Below are positions 18,360 to 26,120 of a stretch of DNA of 33,796 nt, in pieces (the first letter of the stretch is position 1; every line of letters begins with the position of its first letter). Source of the DNA: a virus. The DNA is taken from IMG/VR virus record IMGVR_UViG_3300045988_115677; one strand, 5' to 3'. Below the pieces are notes generated by a model. It did no database searches and was not told where the DNA came from. It worked only from the letters and a program-made list of their open reading frames with translations. Both the position numbers and the translations under genes were made by a program.

Positions 18360-18368
18360 TCTGGGTGG

Positions 18369-18611
18369 TCAGAGGGCGTTGAGGGCGTCTGCGTCGAGGC
18401 GGCCCATGGTGGTCAGCCAGTCGCAAAGGTCGCTGTGCAGGCCTCCGTTGGGAGAGCCGTCGTAGGGGAGGCCCCACTGGTCGACGTCCTGGAAGGCCTC
18501 TTGGTCGCCGATGGTGAGGGTCCAGCGGGTGAGGTTGTTGTTGGCCGCGTCGGTGCGGGGGGCGGCGTCCAGCCGGGCGGCCTGCAGGGGGGAGGTGGTG
18601 TTGGCGGTCAT
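18369..18611 (-). CDS. Hypothetical protein (80 aa)
   Basis: ATG 18611 with RBS gaaaggaaa is preferred over the track start at 18635. First gene after the internal terminator. Confidence 0.5.
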   Translation of the reverse strand: MTANTTSPLQAARLDAAPRTDAANNNLTRWTLTIGDQEAFQDVDQWGLPYDGSPNGGLHSDLCDWLTTMGRLDADALNAL

Positions 18612-18735
18612 GTCCGTTTCCTTTCTGTCAGTCAACTGATCGGACGTAGGTGATGCTTCCTGCTGCGGGGGTGGGCGTCAACCTCGCGCGCCCGTGAGTT
18701 CGGTCACGCGAGTGTTTGGGGGGCGGGATTGTGCG

Positions 18736-18781
18736 AAAAACTCGGCTCCCTCGGACGGTGGAGATAGCGGAGGGAGTCGAG
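18736..18781 (-). terminator. Intrinsic terminator inside the leftward arm
   Basis: On the - strand: CTCGACTCCCTC, a 17-nt loop, GAGGGAGCCGAG (11 of 12 bp), immediately followed by TTTTT. It lies 80 nt after the metallophosphoesterase stop in a roughly 250-nt non-coding gap. Confidence 0.6.
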
Positions 18782-18859
18782 CTGTGAGACGCCGCGGGCC
18801 CGCACTCTAAGACCGCGTCGGCCTGTCGGGCGATTAACGACACGCGGCCGTGGCGGAAG

Positions 18860-20011
18860 TCAGGACCACAGCCGCCACTCGGACGAGGTCCCCGCCCCCA
18901 GCTCAAACGTTAGAAGGGCCGGGGCGGACGACTCCCCGCTGGCGTTCTGAAACCAAGAGCTGCCAGGGTCGACAGTTGGGGCGCAGATGATCTGCCGGCT
19001 GTCCCCGACCGTCTGCACGGAGAAGGAGTGCCAATGGCCGTGCAGGAGCACGCGGGCGTCTTGCATGCCTGCCACGCAGCCGAACGCCTGCCCGCGGAAC
19101 CAGTCGGCGACGCGGTTCTTACTGCCGGCCGCGTGCCCGTGAGTGACCCCCATGACCGTGCCGTCCTGGGCGTGCACTGTCAGGGACTCCAGGCGGGGGG
19201 ACGGGGCCAGGAAGCTGACGCCCTCGTATCCGGGCCGGCCTTCTAGGGCCATCTGAATGTTCGATTGGATCAGGAGTCCGTAGTCGTCCGCAGCGATGTT
19301 CGCCCGGTTGGACCGGCCGATCCCCGTGCGGACCTGGCAATGGTTGGACGGCACCGCCACGTAGGTGACTGACGGGCAGGCCATGGCAAGCTGCCGGACA
19401 CAGTCCGCGAGGACTGCCTGGGCGGTGCGGATCTGTTCAACGAGGCCCATGTCGCATGTCTGCGCCTGGCTGACCGTGTTCGTGAAATTCTCTGTGCTGT
19501 CGCCGCAGTCCACCATGATGACCTCGTCGTAGTTGGCGGCATCGAGGGCGATCCGGGCGATCGCGGAGCGGACCGCTTTGACGGTCTCCTTGGTTCCTCC
19601 GCGGGCATCCGTCTTGCCGATTTGCATGTCAGAGATGACGACCACGTACGTGCCCTTCCGGGGGCGGTCCACGGCCGGCGTCGCCTCGTTAGCGAACAGG
19701 GGGGCGATGTCGTCGTAGGCCAGGCGCTTCACCTCTGCTCGTTCTGCTGCGCCGGGCGCCCAAGTGATCTTCTCGTAGGAGCCGTCCGCCAGCCGGACGG
19801 TCTTACCGCGGGCGGTGATCGCTTCGGTGGGGATTCCGAAGTATGCGTCGGTGCCCTGCTGGCGTTGCTCGGAACGGCGCTTCAGGGCCTTCCTGTGGCG
19901 GCGGACGGCAGCCTCGCTGGTGCCGTACTCGTCGGCAATAGATTGGTTGGTGCGCCGCTGATGCTGGGGGAGTGAGTCGTTCGCGATGATGGCTTCGTCG
20001 AGGGGGGACAT
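18860..20011 (-). CDS. Calcineurin-like metallophosphoesterase (Mre11/SbcD-type nuclease-like) with N-terminal HTH-like segment
   Basis: ATG 20011 with RBS gggggag. Phosphoesterase motif series VVISDMQIG, VDCGDSTEN, VPSNHC, GVTHGHA, LLHGHWH. Confidence 0.65.
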   Translation of the reverse strand: MSPLDEAIIANDSLPQHQRRTNQSIADEYGTSEAAVRRHRKALKRRSEQRQQGTDAYFGIPTEAITARGKTVRLADGSYEKITWAPGAAERAEVKRLAYDDIAPLFANEATPAVDRPRKGTYVVVISDMQIGKTDARGGTKETVKAVRSAIARIALDAANYDEVIMVDCGDSTENFTNTVSQAQTCDMGLVEQIRTAQAVLADCVRQLAMACPSVTYVAVPSNHCQVRTGIGRSNRANIAADDYGLLIQSNIQMALEGRPGYEGVSFLAPSPRLESLTVHAQDGTVMGVTHGHAAGSKNRVADWFRGQAFGCVAGMQDARVLLHGHWHSFSVQTVGDSRQIICAPTVDPGSSWFQNASGESSAPALLTFELGAGTSSEWRLWS

Positions 20012-20013
20012 GT

Positions 20014-20286
20014 TCACTCCCCCGCCTTGTAGTTGTTGACCCACTGGCGGAGATGGAACATGTTGAACCCTGCCCACGAGTCGTAGACGCGGCCGGTGTT
20101 CCTGTCGGCGACGTAGCAGACGGGGGCGGCGGCGTAGCCGTGCTCGTTGGCGAGTTCCTGCGCGGTCTTGTCGTCCTTGAATCGTGTTTCCATGTAGGGC
20201 GTGCCGTTCTTAGTGAGGTACCGCTTGGAGGAGCGGCACTGCTGGCAGCCAGGCAGGCTGGCAATGTAGATCTCATATGAGGCCAT
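20014..20286 (-). CDS. nrdH: NrdH-like glutaredoxin
   Basis: 90 aa. CQQC redox motif near the N-terminus. WAGFN resembles the NrdH WSGFR motif. RBS aaggag. Confidence 0.6.
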   Translation of the reverse strand: MASYEIYIASLPGCQQCRSSKRYLTKNGTPYMETRFKDDKTAQELANEHGYAAAPVCYVADRNTGRVYDSWAGFNMFHLRQWVNNYKAGE

Positions 20287-20324
20287 TGCTTGTTTCTCCT
20301 TGCTTATGGGGTGTGGGGTTGAGT

Positions 20325-20355
20325 GGCGGGGGCCGACAGTCGGCCGGCCCCCGCC
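20325..20355 (-). terminator. GC hairpin downstream of ssb (possible terminator or RNA stabiliser)
   Basis: 10-bp perfect stem ggcgggggcc / ggcccccgcc with an 11-nt loop, 10 nt after the SSB stop on the - strand. No U tract. Confidence 0.35.
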
Positions 20356-20365
20356 GTCGGATGCG

Positions 20366-20803
20366 TCAGAAGGGGCAGTCGCCGAAGTTGGACTGTCCGG
20401 CTAGCGGGTTCGCTGCGGCCTGGCCGAGCTGGCCGGGCTGGTGCTGGCTCCGAGCGTCTCCGTCCCGGTCGGCCTTGCGGATGTACCCGCAGAGGCGACA
20501 GTTACGCAGGTCATGGTCGATGCCTGCCCTCTCTCCGGTGTGCCACTCCCGGAGGGTCATCGTGCCGGTGACGGTGACCCGGTCGCCTTTCTTAAGGGTG
20601 TCTGCGATGTAGGTGTTCTCCTCACCGAACAGGGCGGCAGACACGTACAGCGGGGCGCCGTCGTCGTCCCACCTGCCGGTGGACTTGTCCTTCGCTCTGC
20701 GTGTAGCGCCGATGCGAAGGGAGATGATGGGGGTGCCGGACTGTGCGTAGTGGACCTCGGGGTCCTTGACGAGGGTGCCTGTGGTGGTGGTTTCAACAGC
20801 CAT
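20366..20803 (-). CDS. ssb: Single-stranded DNA-binding protein
   Basis: 145 aa. N-terminal OB-fold-like sequence (GTLVKDPEVHY...GDRVTVTGTM), a Gly/Gln-rich linker and a C-terminal tip FGDCPF resembling the SSB acidic D-x-P-F tail. Confidence 0.8.
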   Translation of the reverse strand: MAVETTTTGTLVKDPEVHYAQSGTPIISLRIGATRRAKDKSTGRWDDDGAPLYVSAALFGEENTYIADTLKKGDRVTVTGTMTLREWHTGERAGIDHDLRNCRLCGYIRKADRDGDARSQHQPGQLGQAAANPLAGQSNFGDCPF

Positions 20804-20817
20804 GGTGGGGTTCCTGT

Positions 20818-21048
20818 TCAGTTGATGAGGGCGGCTTTTATCTGGGCGTCCTGGAGTCGCGCGTAGTCGTACGCCTGGAAGTCCTCTACGGAGCCTGCGG
20901 GGACAACGGAGATGACCGCAGGCTGGCCGACCGACTCGACCGCGTTGTGGTCTGCGCGGTCGATGACGACGGGGATGTCTCCGTGCTTCTTGATGATGTC
21001 GGTGAGGTAGCCGATGAGCTCTTCGGCGGTGATTACCTGGGCGGTCAT
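20818..21048 (-). CDS. Hypothetical protein (76 aa), member of a recurrent domain family in this genome
   Basis: ATG 21048 overlaps the upstream stop (ATGA), with RBS gaaagga. Its N-terminal helix TAEELIGYLTDIIKKHGDIPV matches three other segments (see findings). Confidence 0.55.
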   Translation of the reverse strand: MTAQVITAEELIGYLTDIIKKHGDIPVVIDRADHNAVESVGQPAVISVVPAGSVEDFQAYDYARLQDAQIKAALIN

Positions 21049-21422
21049 TCTGCGGGGTCCTTTCTGTTGGCGTGGTTCAGGATGGTGACGAGGTCTGTGA
21101 CTGTCATGGTCACCCATTGGTCTCCGGCTTTGGCGTTGCCGTGGCGTTTGTGGATGACGATGCCGGTCAGGCCTCCGATGTTCGACGCTTCAGTATGCGC
21201 CTCTCGCATCCATTGAGGCAAGCCCATCTTAGTCACATTCTTGCATTCGACGGCGATCTGTCTGCCGCGGCAGGCGACCCCGTACAGGTCGCCCGAGTCG
21301 GCGGCGCCGGTCTTGACCTGCCGGTCGACATGACAGCCTTCGAGGCGGTCGTCGAGATGGTCGGCGATGAGCCGTTCGAATCTTGACCCTGCGGCTTTAG
21401 CGGATCTCAGGTTGCGTCCCAT
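21045..21422 (-). CDS. PD-(D/E)xK nuclease, Holliday-junction-resolvase-like (Hjc-type)
   Basis: 125 aa. Motifs GSRFERL, DSGDLYGV and IAVECKN in the order expected for Hjc-like resolvases. Confidence 0.6.
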   Translation of the reverse strand: MGRNLRSAKAAGSRFERLIADHLDDRLEGCHVDRQVKTGAADSGDLYGVACRGRQIAVECKNVTKMGLPQWMREAHTEASNIGGLTGIVIHKRHGNAKAGDQWVTMTVTDLVTILNHANRKDPAE

Positions 21423-21784
21423 GCTTCACGCGGCTCCTTCTTGACTTGGTCATGGATGGTGGCCAGCTGGTCCTGCAGGTATTCACGCATCTCGGTGGTG
21501 TCTTCCTGGCGGGAGGTCAGGTAGGCGGCGGCGGCTGCGAAGCGTGCCCGCAGGGAGTCGAGGCCGGCCTGCCAGGAGTCGCGGGCGGCGATGTTGCCGA
21601 CGTGTCTGCGCGCGTACCAGCAGGCCTTCGCCATATCTTCTCCGTACGTGGCCCCGTCCTTGATGCCGGCGCGGAGCGCGTACTTCAAGACGTTGCCGAT
21701 CAGGAATGTTTCCCGCTCGGTCAGGTTGATGACCTCGACAGGCCACTGCGTGTAGTGGGCGGGGTGACGCACGCTGTCGTTCAT
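21407..21784 (-). CDS. DUF3310-like protein
   Basis: 125 aa. N-terminal HPAHYTQWPVEVINL...GNVLKYALRAG matches the DUF3310 signature as I remember it. Confidence 0.55.
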   Translation of the reverse strand: MNDSVRHPAHYTQWPVEVINLTERETFLIGNVLKYALRAGIKDGATYGEDMAKACWYARRHVGNIAARDSWQAGLDSLRARFAAAAAYLTSRQEDTTEMREYLQDQLATIHDQVKKEPREAWDAT

Positions 21785-22455
21785 GAGATCACCGCCATGG
21801 GGGTGCCGTCAGTGTCGGCGCGGTACTGGTCCCACCCGCCGGCGTGGCCAGTCTTGACCGTGTTGAGTACGAGCAGGCCGTCCGCCTGTTCGAAGCCGAT
21901 GCCGCCGCCGGCGACCACGGCGACAGGGGTGTCGTTGCCGTACCGGAAAGCGGCGTCCTGCAACTGGCCCATGAGGCGGCCGATGGTGAGGGTGCCGGCT
22001 TCCTGGGTGGCGTAGTCGCGGACTGTGGCTCCGGTGCCGGTGGATCCGAAGCCTCCCTGGCCGCGGGGCGTGTCGTCTTCTACGGCGCCGACCTCCATGT
22101 GGACGGGCGGCTGGGGAAGGATGATCAGCTGGCAGATCCGCTCTCCGGCAGCGATGAGGGCCGGTTCGGCGAGTGCGGTGACAAGGAGCTTGATGTTGCC
22201 TCGATACCCGGAGTCGATGATTCCAACGCCGTTAGGGATGGTGAGTCCTTTCTTGCCGGCAGAGGAACGGAGCGTCAGCTGCCCGTAGTAGCCGTCGGGG
22301 ATGGCGACCCGGATGCCCAGGTCGATCGTGTACATGGCGCCTGAGCGGACCAGGCAGCCCTGCCCTTCGGGGACGTGCAGGTCAAGGCCGGCGTCCGTGT
22401 CGTGGGCCCGCGCGGGGTCCTGCACGTTCATTGTCTTCTGGACGGTGACTTTCAT
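21781..22455 (-). CDS. dut: dUTPase fused to an ~80-aa C-terminal extra domain
   Basis: dUTPase motifs AGLDL, RSS, GIIDSGYRG and RGQGGFGSTG lie within aa 1-140. Residues about 145-224 have no dUTPase counterpart. Confidence 0.8.
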   Translation of the reverse strand: MKVTVQKTMNVQDPARAHDTDAGLDLHVPEGQGCLVRSGAMYTIDLGIRVAIPDGYYGQLTLRSSAGKKGLTIPNGVGIIDSGYRGNIKLLVTALAEPALIAAGERICQLIILPQPPVHMEVGAVEDDTPRGQGGFGSTGTGATVRDYATQEAGTLTIGRLMGQLQDAAFRYGNDTPVAVVAGGGIGFEQADGLLVLNTVKTGHAGGWDQYRADTDGTPMAVIS

Positions 22456-22469
22456 GTTGGTGGTTCCTT

Positions 22470-22838
22470 TCAGTGCTTAGCCCATGGGGAGCGGTCTCGG
22501 CCTCTCGTGAGGTCGTGTGGCTCGGAGTGGTAGGAGTCGATTTCGTTTTCCTCCCAGGCGAGAGGCGAGTGGCCGCCTGCGATGACGGCGGTTCTGTGTG
22601 CGGCTGTAGAGTTTTTGTTTGGGCTGATCGGCTGGCATTGGAGCCGCTGCCACGCGCAGGCCATGCGGAGTCTGGCCTCGGGGTTGACGTACTCGCCTGC
22701 GCGGCCTTTGGTGACCATGCGGGGAGGGACGCCTGCCGCTCGGGCGATGCGGTGTTCGTCGTAGCCGATCCACATGAGCGACAGGATCCGCCGCTGCAGC
22801 CCGATCGGGGTGACGAGGGTGACGGGCACTGCTGTCAT
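22470..22838 (-). CDS. Helix-turn-helix DNA-binding protein
   Basis: 122 aa. LQRRILSLMWIGYDEHRIARAAGV looks like an HTH. ATGA overlap with the recT stop. Confidence 0.5.
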   Translation of the reverse strand: MTAVPVTLVTPIGLQRRILSLMWIGYDEHRIARAAGVPPRMVTKGRAGEYVNPEARLRMACAWQRLQCQPISPNKNSTAAHRTAVIAGGHSPLAWEENEIDSYHSEPHDLTRGRDRSPWAKH

Positions 22839-23680
22839 CGGTTGGTCTCCGGGTTCCTGCCGGCCTGCCAGGTCGAGAGCACAGCCTCCAGGGAGTCGGG
22901 GTCATCCATGCTGGCGCCTCCTTCTTGGGCTCGTTTCCACACGTCGCCCGGGCTGCCGCCGGTTTCCTTGCAGTAGTCCATGAGCATGGTGCGGGTCATG
23001 TTGCGGCGAGCTTCCTGCTCGGAGCCGGGCTCCGGGTTCGGTGCGGGGACCGTGGTGGGGCTGTCGGGGATGATCCCCGTTTCGTGCTTCCGTTCGGTGG
23101 GGGGCGGCACGTCCTTGGGGCCGGGGGCGCTCTCGGCGATTCTGCGGGCTTTTTCTTGGGCGTCTCCTCGTTCGGTTGGGGTGGTTTCCTCGGTGTGTCC
23201 ACGCAGGTTCTGAGGTTCGCTCGTGAGCTCTTCTGCGGTGTACACGTTCCCGGCGAGGGCGTCCGATGCGCCCTGACGGCACACCTCGGTGATGGCGCGG
23301 GCTCGGAGCATCTGTCGGGGGTACTGCGTCCACGGGCCGCGGTTGCCCCACAGCCCTGCCTCGCGGGCCTTCTTTTCGTCCCAGGTGACGGTGAACTTGT
23401 AGTCGGGGTCGTCGGCGCGGATGATGCTAGCGGTGACACTGTTGCCGTCTTCGTGGATGCGGAGCTTGTGGCCGGCCCGGCGGACGATCGCCCCCATAAG
23501 GTCTGCGGACATGGTCATCTTGCCGCGGGCTACGACCATGGATTGCATGACCTGGGTGTAGGGGACGCCGAGGGCGTCGCCGATGTCCATCGCCCAGATA
23601 ATGTCGGCCGGCTTGCCTCGGTACTCGGCGGGGATGAGGGATGACTGGGAGACGATCTTCGCGTGTTCGATGCGGTCCAT
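22835..23680 (-). CDS. recT: RecT-family single-strand annealing recombinase
   Basis: Start ATG 23680 (MDRIEHAK...) with RBS gaaaggaa. RecT-like core ...GPWTQYPRQMLRARAITEVCRQ.... The longer track ORF (to 24097) overlaps two better genes. Confidence 0.7.
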   Translation of the reverse strand: MDRIEHAKIVSQSSLIPAEYRGKPADIIWAMDIGDALGVPYTQVMQSMVVARGKMTMSADLMGAIVRRAGHKLRIHEDGNSVTASIIRADDPDYKFTVTWDEKKAREAGLWGNRGPWTQYPRQMLRARAITEVCRQGASDALAGNVYTAEELTSEPQNLRGHTEETTPTERGDAQEKARRIAESAPGPKDVPPPTERKHETGIIPDSPTTVPAPNPEPGSEQEARRNMTRTMLMDYCKETGGSPGDVWKRAQEGGASMDDPDSLEAVLSTWQAGRNPETNR

Positions 23681-23985
23681 TAGAGGGTTCCTTTCATGAC
23701 TGTTCCGAGGAGGGCGGCGGCTACGTCGGCGGGGTGTGAGTCGCACTGGTAGGGGACGTCGGCGCGGGAGCGTCCCGCTTGGATGGTGACCCCGGCTTCG
23801 CCGACGCGGGCGGAGAGCAGGTCTTGCTGGTCGGTGAAGATGAATAGGCGGGCCGGGTCTGCGTCTACGAGCGGTTCGTCGACGATGAACTGCGGCCCGG
23901 GGTGGTGGCGGAGGCAGCATTCGGCGATGAGCCTGGCCATGGGGGCTCTGTCTTGTCTGGGGGCGAATCGGCCGATCATGACCAT
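23680..23985 (-). CDS. Hypothetical protein (99-101 aa)
   Basis: Packed in the operon. The alternative ATG 23979 gives an ATGA overlap with the upstream stop. Confidence 0.45.
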   Translation of the reverse strand: MVMIGRFAPRQDRAPMARLIAECCLRHHPGPQFIVDEPLVDADPARLFIFTDQQDLLSARVGEAGVTIQAGRSRADVPYQCDSHPADVAAALLGTVMKGTL

Positions 23986-24260
23986 GCCTCGCGCGCGTCG
24001 TTAAGGGCCCGGCGGATGGCGTTGTTGATGGCGTCCCGGGCGCCGTCCGGGTCGCAGGCGTAGCGGCTGCCGCCGGCGTCGAGGGCGTACAGCCCATCGT
24101 CGGTGACTGACGCGATCACGCTATCCCTCTCGGTGTGGGCTTCGATGTAGGGAGAGCCGTGGGTGGTGCGGTGGAGCGCGGCGTATTCCGAGACGGCGAG
24201 GTGGTCGCGGATGGCGGCCAGGAGAGGAAGGAGGAGGCGGGACTGCATGAGCGGCGACAT
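23976..24260 (-). CDS. Hypothetical protein (94 aa)
   Basis: RBS gaaaggga upstream. In the operon. Confidence 0.45.
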   Translation of the reverse strand: MSPLMQSRLLLPLLAAIRDHLAVSEYAALHRTTHGSPYIEAHTERDSVIASVTDDGLYALDAGGSRYACDPDGARDAINNAIRRALNDAREAWS

Positions 24261-24272
24261 GGGTGGTCCCTT

Positions 24273-24827
24273 TCAGTTGGTGGGCTTGATGGCGGTGAGG
24301 ATGTCGGCGATGGCTTCGCGGGCCTGGGATAGGTTGCGCTTAGAGGCCGGCCAGCGATGACTGTGGGTGATCGCCCAGGCGGAGAAGTCCGAGTTCCGGC
24401 CTTTCTCGATGTGGATGGCACCGGGGCCGTAGCCGACCTCTGCGACTTCGGTGCCGTCCGGGAGCGCCCCGGTGATGGCGGGGTCGCCGCCGGCGAGGAG
24501 GTCGGAGAGCTGCTCGAGCAGGTCGGCTGGGGTCATCTCTCGCGCCTCTCGTTCGCGGAGATCCCCTGACAGTGGCGACGTGTGGGCGTAGTCCAGCATG
24601 GTGGCTAGCTGCTCGCGCATGGCGTTTGTGTCGTCGGCCGCCCAGGCGCCACCGCCCGGCTGCGAGTACCAGACGTACATGCCGTCATAGTCGTAGACGT
24701 TGGTCTTCCTGGCGGTGCCCTCGACGGCGATCATTCGGTCGCCGAAGTCGTCGGACTTGGCGATGGTCGCGGACTCGCCTTCGCGGAGGAGCGGCTGAAG
24801 GGCGGTGAGGATGTCTTCGAGTGTCAT
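24273..24827 (-). CDS. Hypothetical protein (184 aa) with internal tandem duplication of a ~90-aa module
   Basis: ATG 24827 (MTLEDILTALQPLL...) is preferred over the track start at 24917. The second half restarts with MTPADLLEQLSDLL.... Confidence 0.5.
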   Translation of the reverse strand: MTLEDILTALQPLLREGESATIAKSDDFGDRMIAVEGTARKTNVYDYDGMYVWYSQPGGGAWAADDTNAMREQLATMLDYAHTSPLSGDLREREAREMTPADLLEQLSDLLAGGDPAITGALPDGTEVAEVGYGPGAIHIEKGRNSDFSAWAITHSHRWPASKRNLSQAREAIADILTAIKPTN

Positions 24828-24837
24828 GTCGGGGCTT

Positions 24838-25008
24838 TCAGCTGTGGCGGACGTTGACTGTCCGGGTCTTCCCGGTGGAGGGGTCTGTGTAGTGGGCGCG
24901 TCTCCAGTCGGCGGCATCGATTCGCGCGACCCTGCGCCGGTAGGACGCCGCGTACTTTTTGGCTGACCGTGCTCGTTTGGAGGGGGTGGTGTTCTCGGGG
25001 ATGTTCAT
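24838..25008 (-). CDS. Small basic protein (56 aa), absent from the ORF track
   Basis: My translation is MNIPENTTPSKRARSAKKYAASYRRRVARIDAADWRRAHYTDPSTGKTRTVNVRHS. ATGA overlap with the stop of gene 25005..25298. It fills an otherwise empty 170-nt gap. Confidence 0.45.
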   Translation of the reverse strand: MNIPENTTPSKRARSAKKYAASYRRRVARIDAADWRRAHYTDPSTGKTRTVNVRHS

Positions 25009-25298
25009 GGCAGTGGGAGGTTTCTGAGGGTCTGTTCGGCGTCGGCTTCCGTGGTGGCGTGATCGAACGAGGGGGCCTGGGGTGCGGGGCGGTTCGAGGA
25101 TGCGACCACGACGTGGAGGCTGTCATCGATGACTGCGACCCCGCGGCTCGGGATGATCACTGACCATCGGATGGTGTCTCCGAAGGGGGAGCGGACGGTT
25201 ACTGCTTTGGCTTCGGCTGCCCAGCCTCGCCGGCCGATGTCGCGGGCGATGTTGTTGGCGAGTTCCTGCGCGGTGGGCAGCTTCTTCCGGCGGAACAT
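25005..25298 (-). CDS. Hypothetical protein (97 aa)
   Basis: The start shares one nucleotide with the upstream stop (TAATG). In the operon. Confidence 0.45.
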   Translation of the reverse strand: MFRRKKLPTAQELANNIARDIGRRGWAAEAKAVTVRSPFGDTIRWSVIIPSRGVAVIDDSLHVVVASSNRPAPQAPSFDHATTEADAEQTLRNLPLP

Positions 25299-25591
25299 TA
25301 GTCGTTCTCCAGGCAGAGGAGTGTGCAGACGATACGGCCGGCGTCTTCTGGGCGGGTGGGGTATGTGACGTGCGTGCCGGTGGCTGACGTGTAGGCGATC
25401 CTGTCTTGGTAGACGGCGACTTTGGCTGTGCAGTCCGTCTGGCCGGTTTCGGCGATGGCTACGACTGCGGCTTCCGGGTGGCCGGCGGCGCCGACGTGGG
25501 TGGCTACTGCCCCGTAGCCGATGGTGGTGAGGCGGATGTAGTTGGCGATCTGGGTGGCGACGCGGTTCTGGGTGGGGGGTGACAGGCGCAT
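25298..25591 (-). CDS. Hypothetical protein (97 aa)
   Basis: RBS gaaagga upstream. In the operon. Confidence 0.45.
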   Translation of the reverse strand: MRLSPPTQNRVATQIANYIRLTTIGYGAVATHVGAAGHPEAAVVAIAETGQTDCTAKVAVYQDRIAYTSATGTHVTYPTRPEDAGRIVCTLLCLEND

Positions 25592-25626
25592 GTTGTGTCC
25601 TTTCTGTGGGGTCTTCTGGGGGGCTG

Positions 25627-25887
25627 TCAGGCGCCGGCCCGGCTCTGGTACTGGGGGTGGGGCGCGAGGGCGTCAGCGTGGCGGAGGATGGCCTTCCTGC
25701 GGTTGCTGGACCGGGTCGCTTTGATGGCGACCGGCAGGCCGATGACCAGCGCCGGGATGGTGGCCGGCCCGACCCCGCCGGCGAGGAGGCCGGCGACCGC
25801 GCCGAGGACGGCGACGATTGAGAGGGTCGCGATCCAGGCGATCAGGGTGGTGGCTGCGCGGCTGGGGAGCTGGGCGGTGGTGTTCAT
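25627..25887 (-). CDS. Membrane protein (86 aa, two TM segments), first gene of the leftward arm
   Basis: Strong RBS aaggagg. Hydrophobic segments TLIAWIATLSIVAVLGAVAGLLAG and IPALVIGLPVAI. Confidence 0.55.
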   Translation of the reverse strand: MNTTAQLPSRAATTLIAWIATLSIVAVLGAVAGLLAGGVGPATIPALVIGLPVAIKATRSSNRRKAILRHADALAPHPQYQSRAGA

Positions 25888-25933
25888 TTGGGTCCTCCTT
25901 GGTGGGGTTGGTTTCTATCGAGTTGTTGGTCTT

Positions 25934-25962
25934 AGTCTCCTGTGTTTCGGGCGGGAAGTCAA
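25934..25962 (-). promoter_or_regulatory. Candidate leftward promoter
   Basis: On the - strand: TTGACT (25962-25957), 17 nt, GAGACT (25939-25934), about 45 nt upstream of ATG 25887. The -10 is weak. Confidence 0.25.
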
Positions 25963-26120
25963 GGCACGGCAGGGTGACGTCCGACACGGCCGTGGGTGGG
26001 GGTGCCGCCGTCCCTTCGTTCTCCTTGCTTTTCTCTCACCGAAGCGCAAGGGGGACCGTGGTCCTAGGCCGGTCCCGCGCCCGCGCGCGCCCGCGCCCCC
26101 GTACGGGGCTATGACACCAA

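Noticed and set aside
18628-18906. 92-aa - strand ORF in the gap after the metallophosphoesterase gene
   Set aside because: It overlaps the 3' end of that gene, runs through an intrinsic terminator, has no RBS and has Arg/Ser/Pro-rich composition.
22835-24097. 420-aa version of the RecT ORF with a ~140-aa Pro/Arg-rich N-terminal extension
   Set aside because: The extension overlaps two better-supported genes in other frames (23680..23985 and 23976..24260). The internal ATG 23680 has a strong RBS and begins the RecT-like sequence.
26075-26108. GC-only low-complexity run (cccgcgcccgcgcgcgcccgcgccccc) and the palindrome CCCCGTACGGGG as a functional element
   Set aside because: Short GC palindromes of this kind are frequent in this genome, and it has no partner motif or positional logic that I could identify. 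I noted it only as part of the intergenic region.
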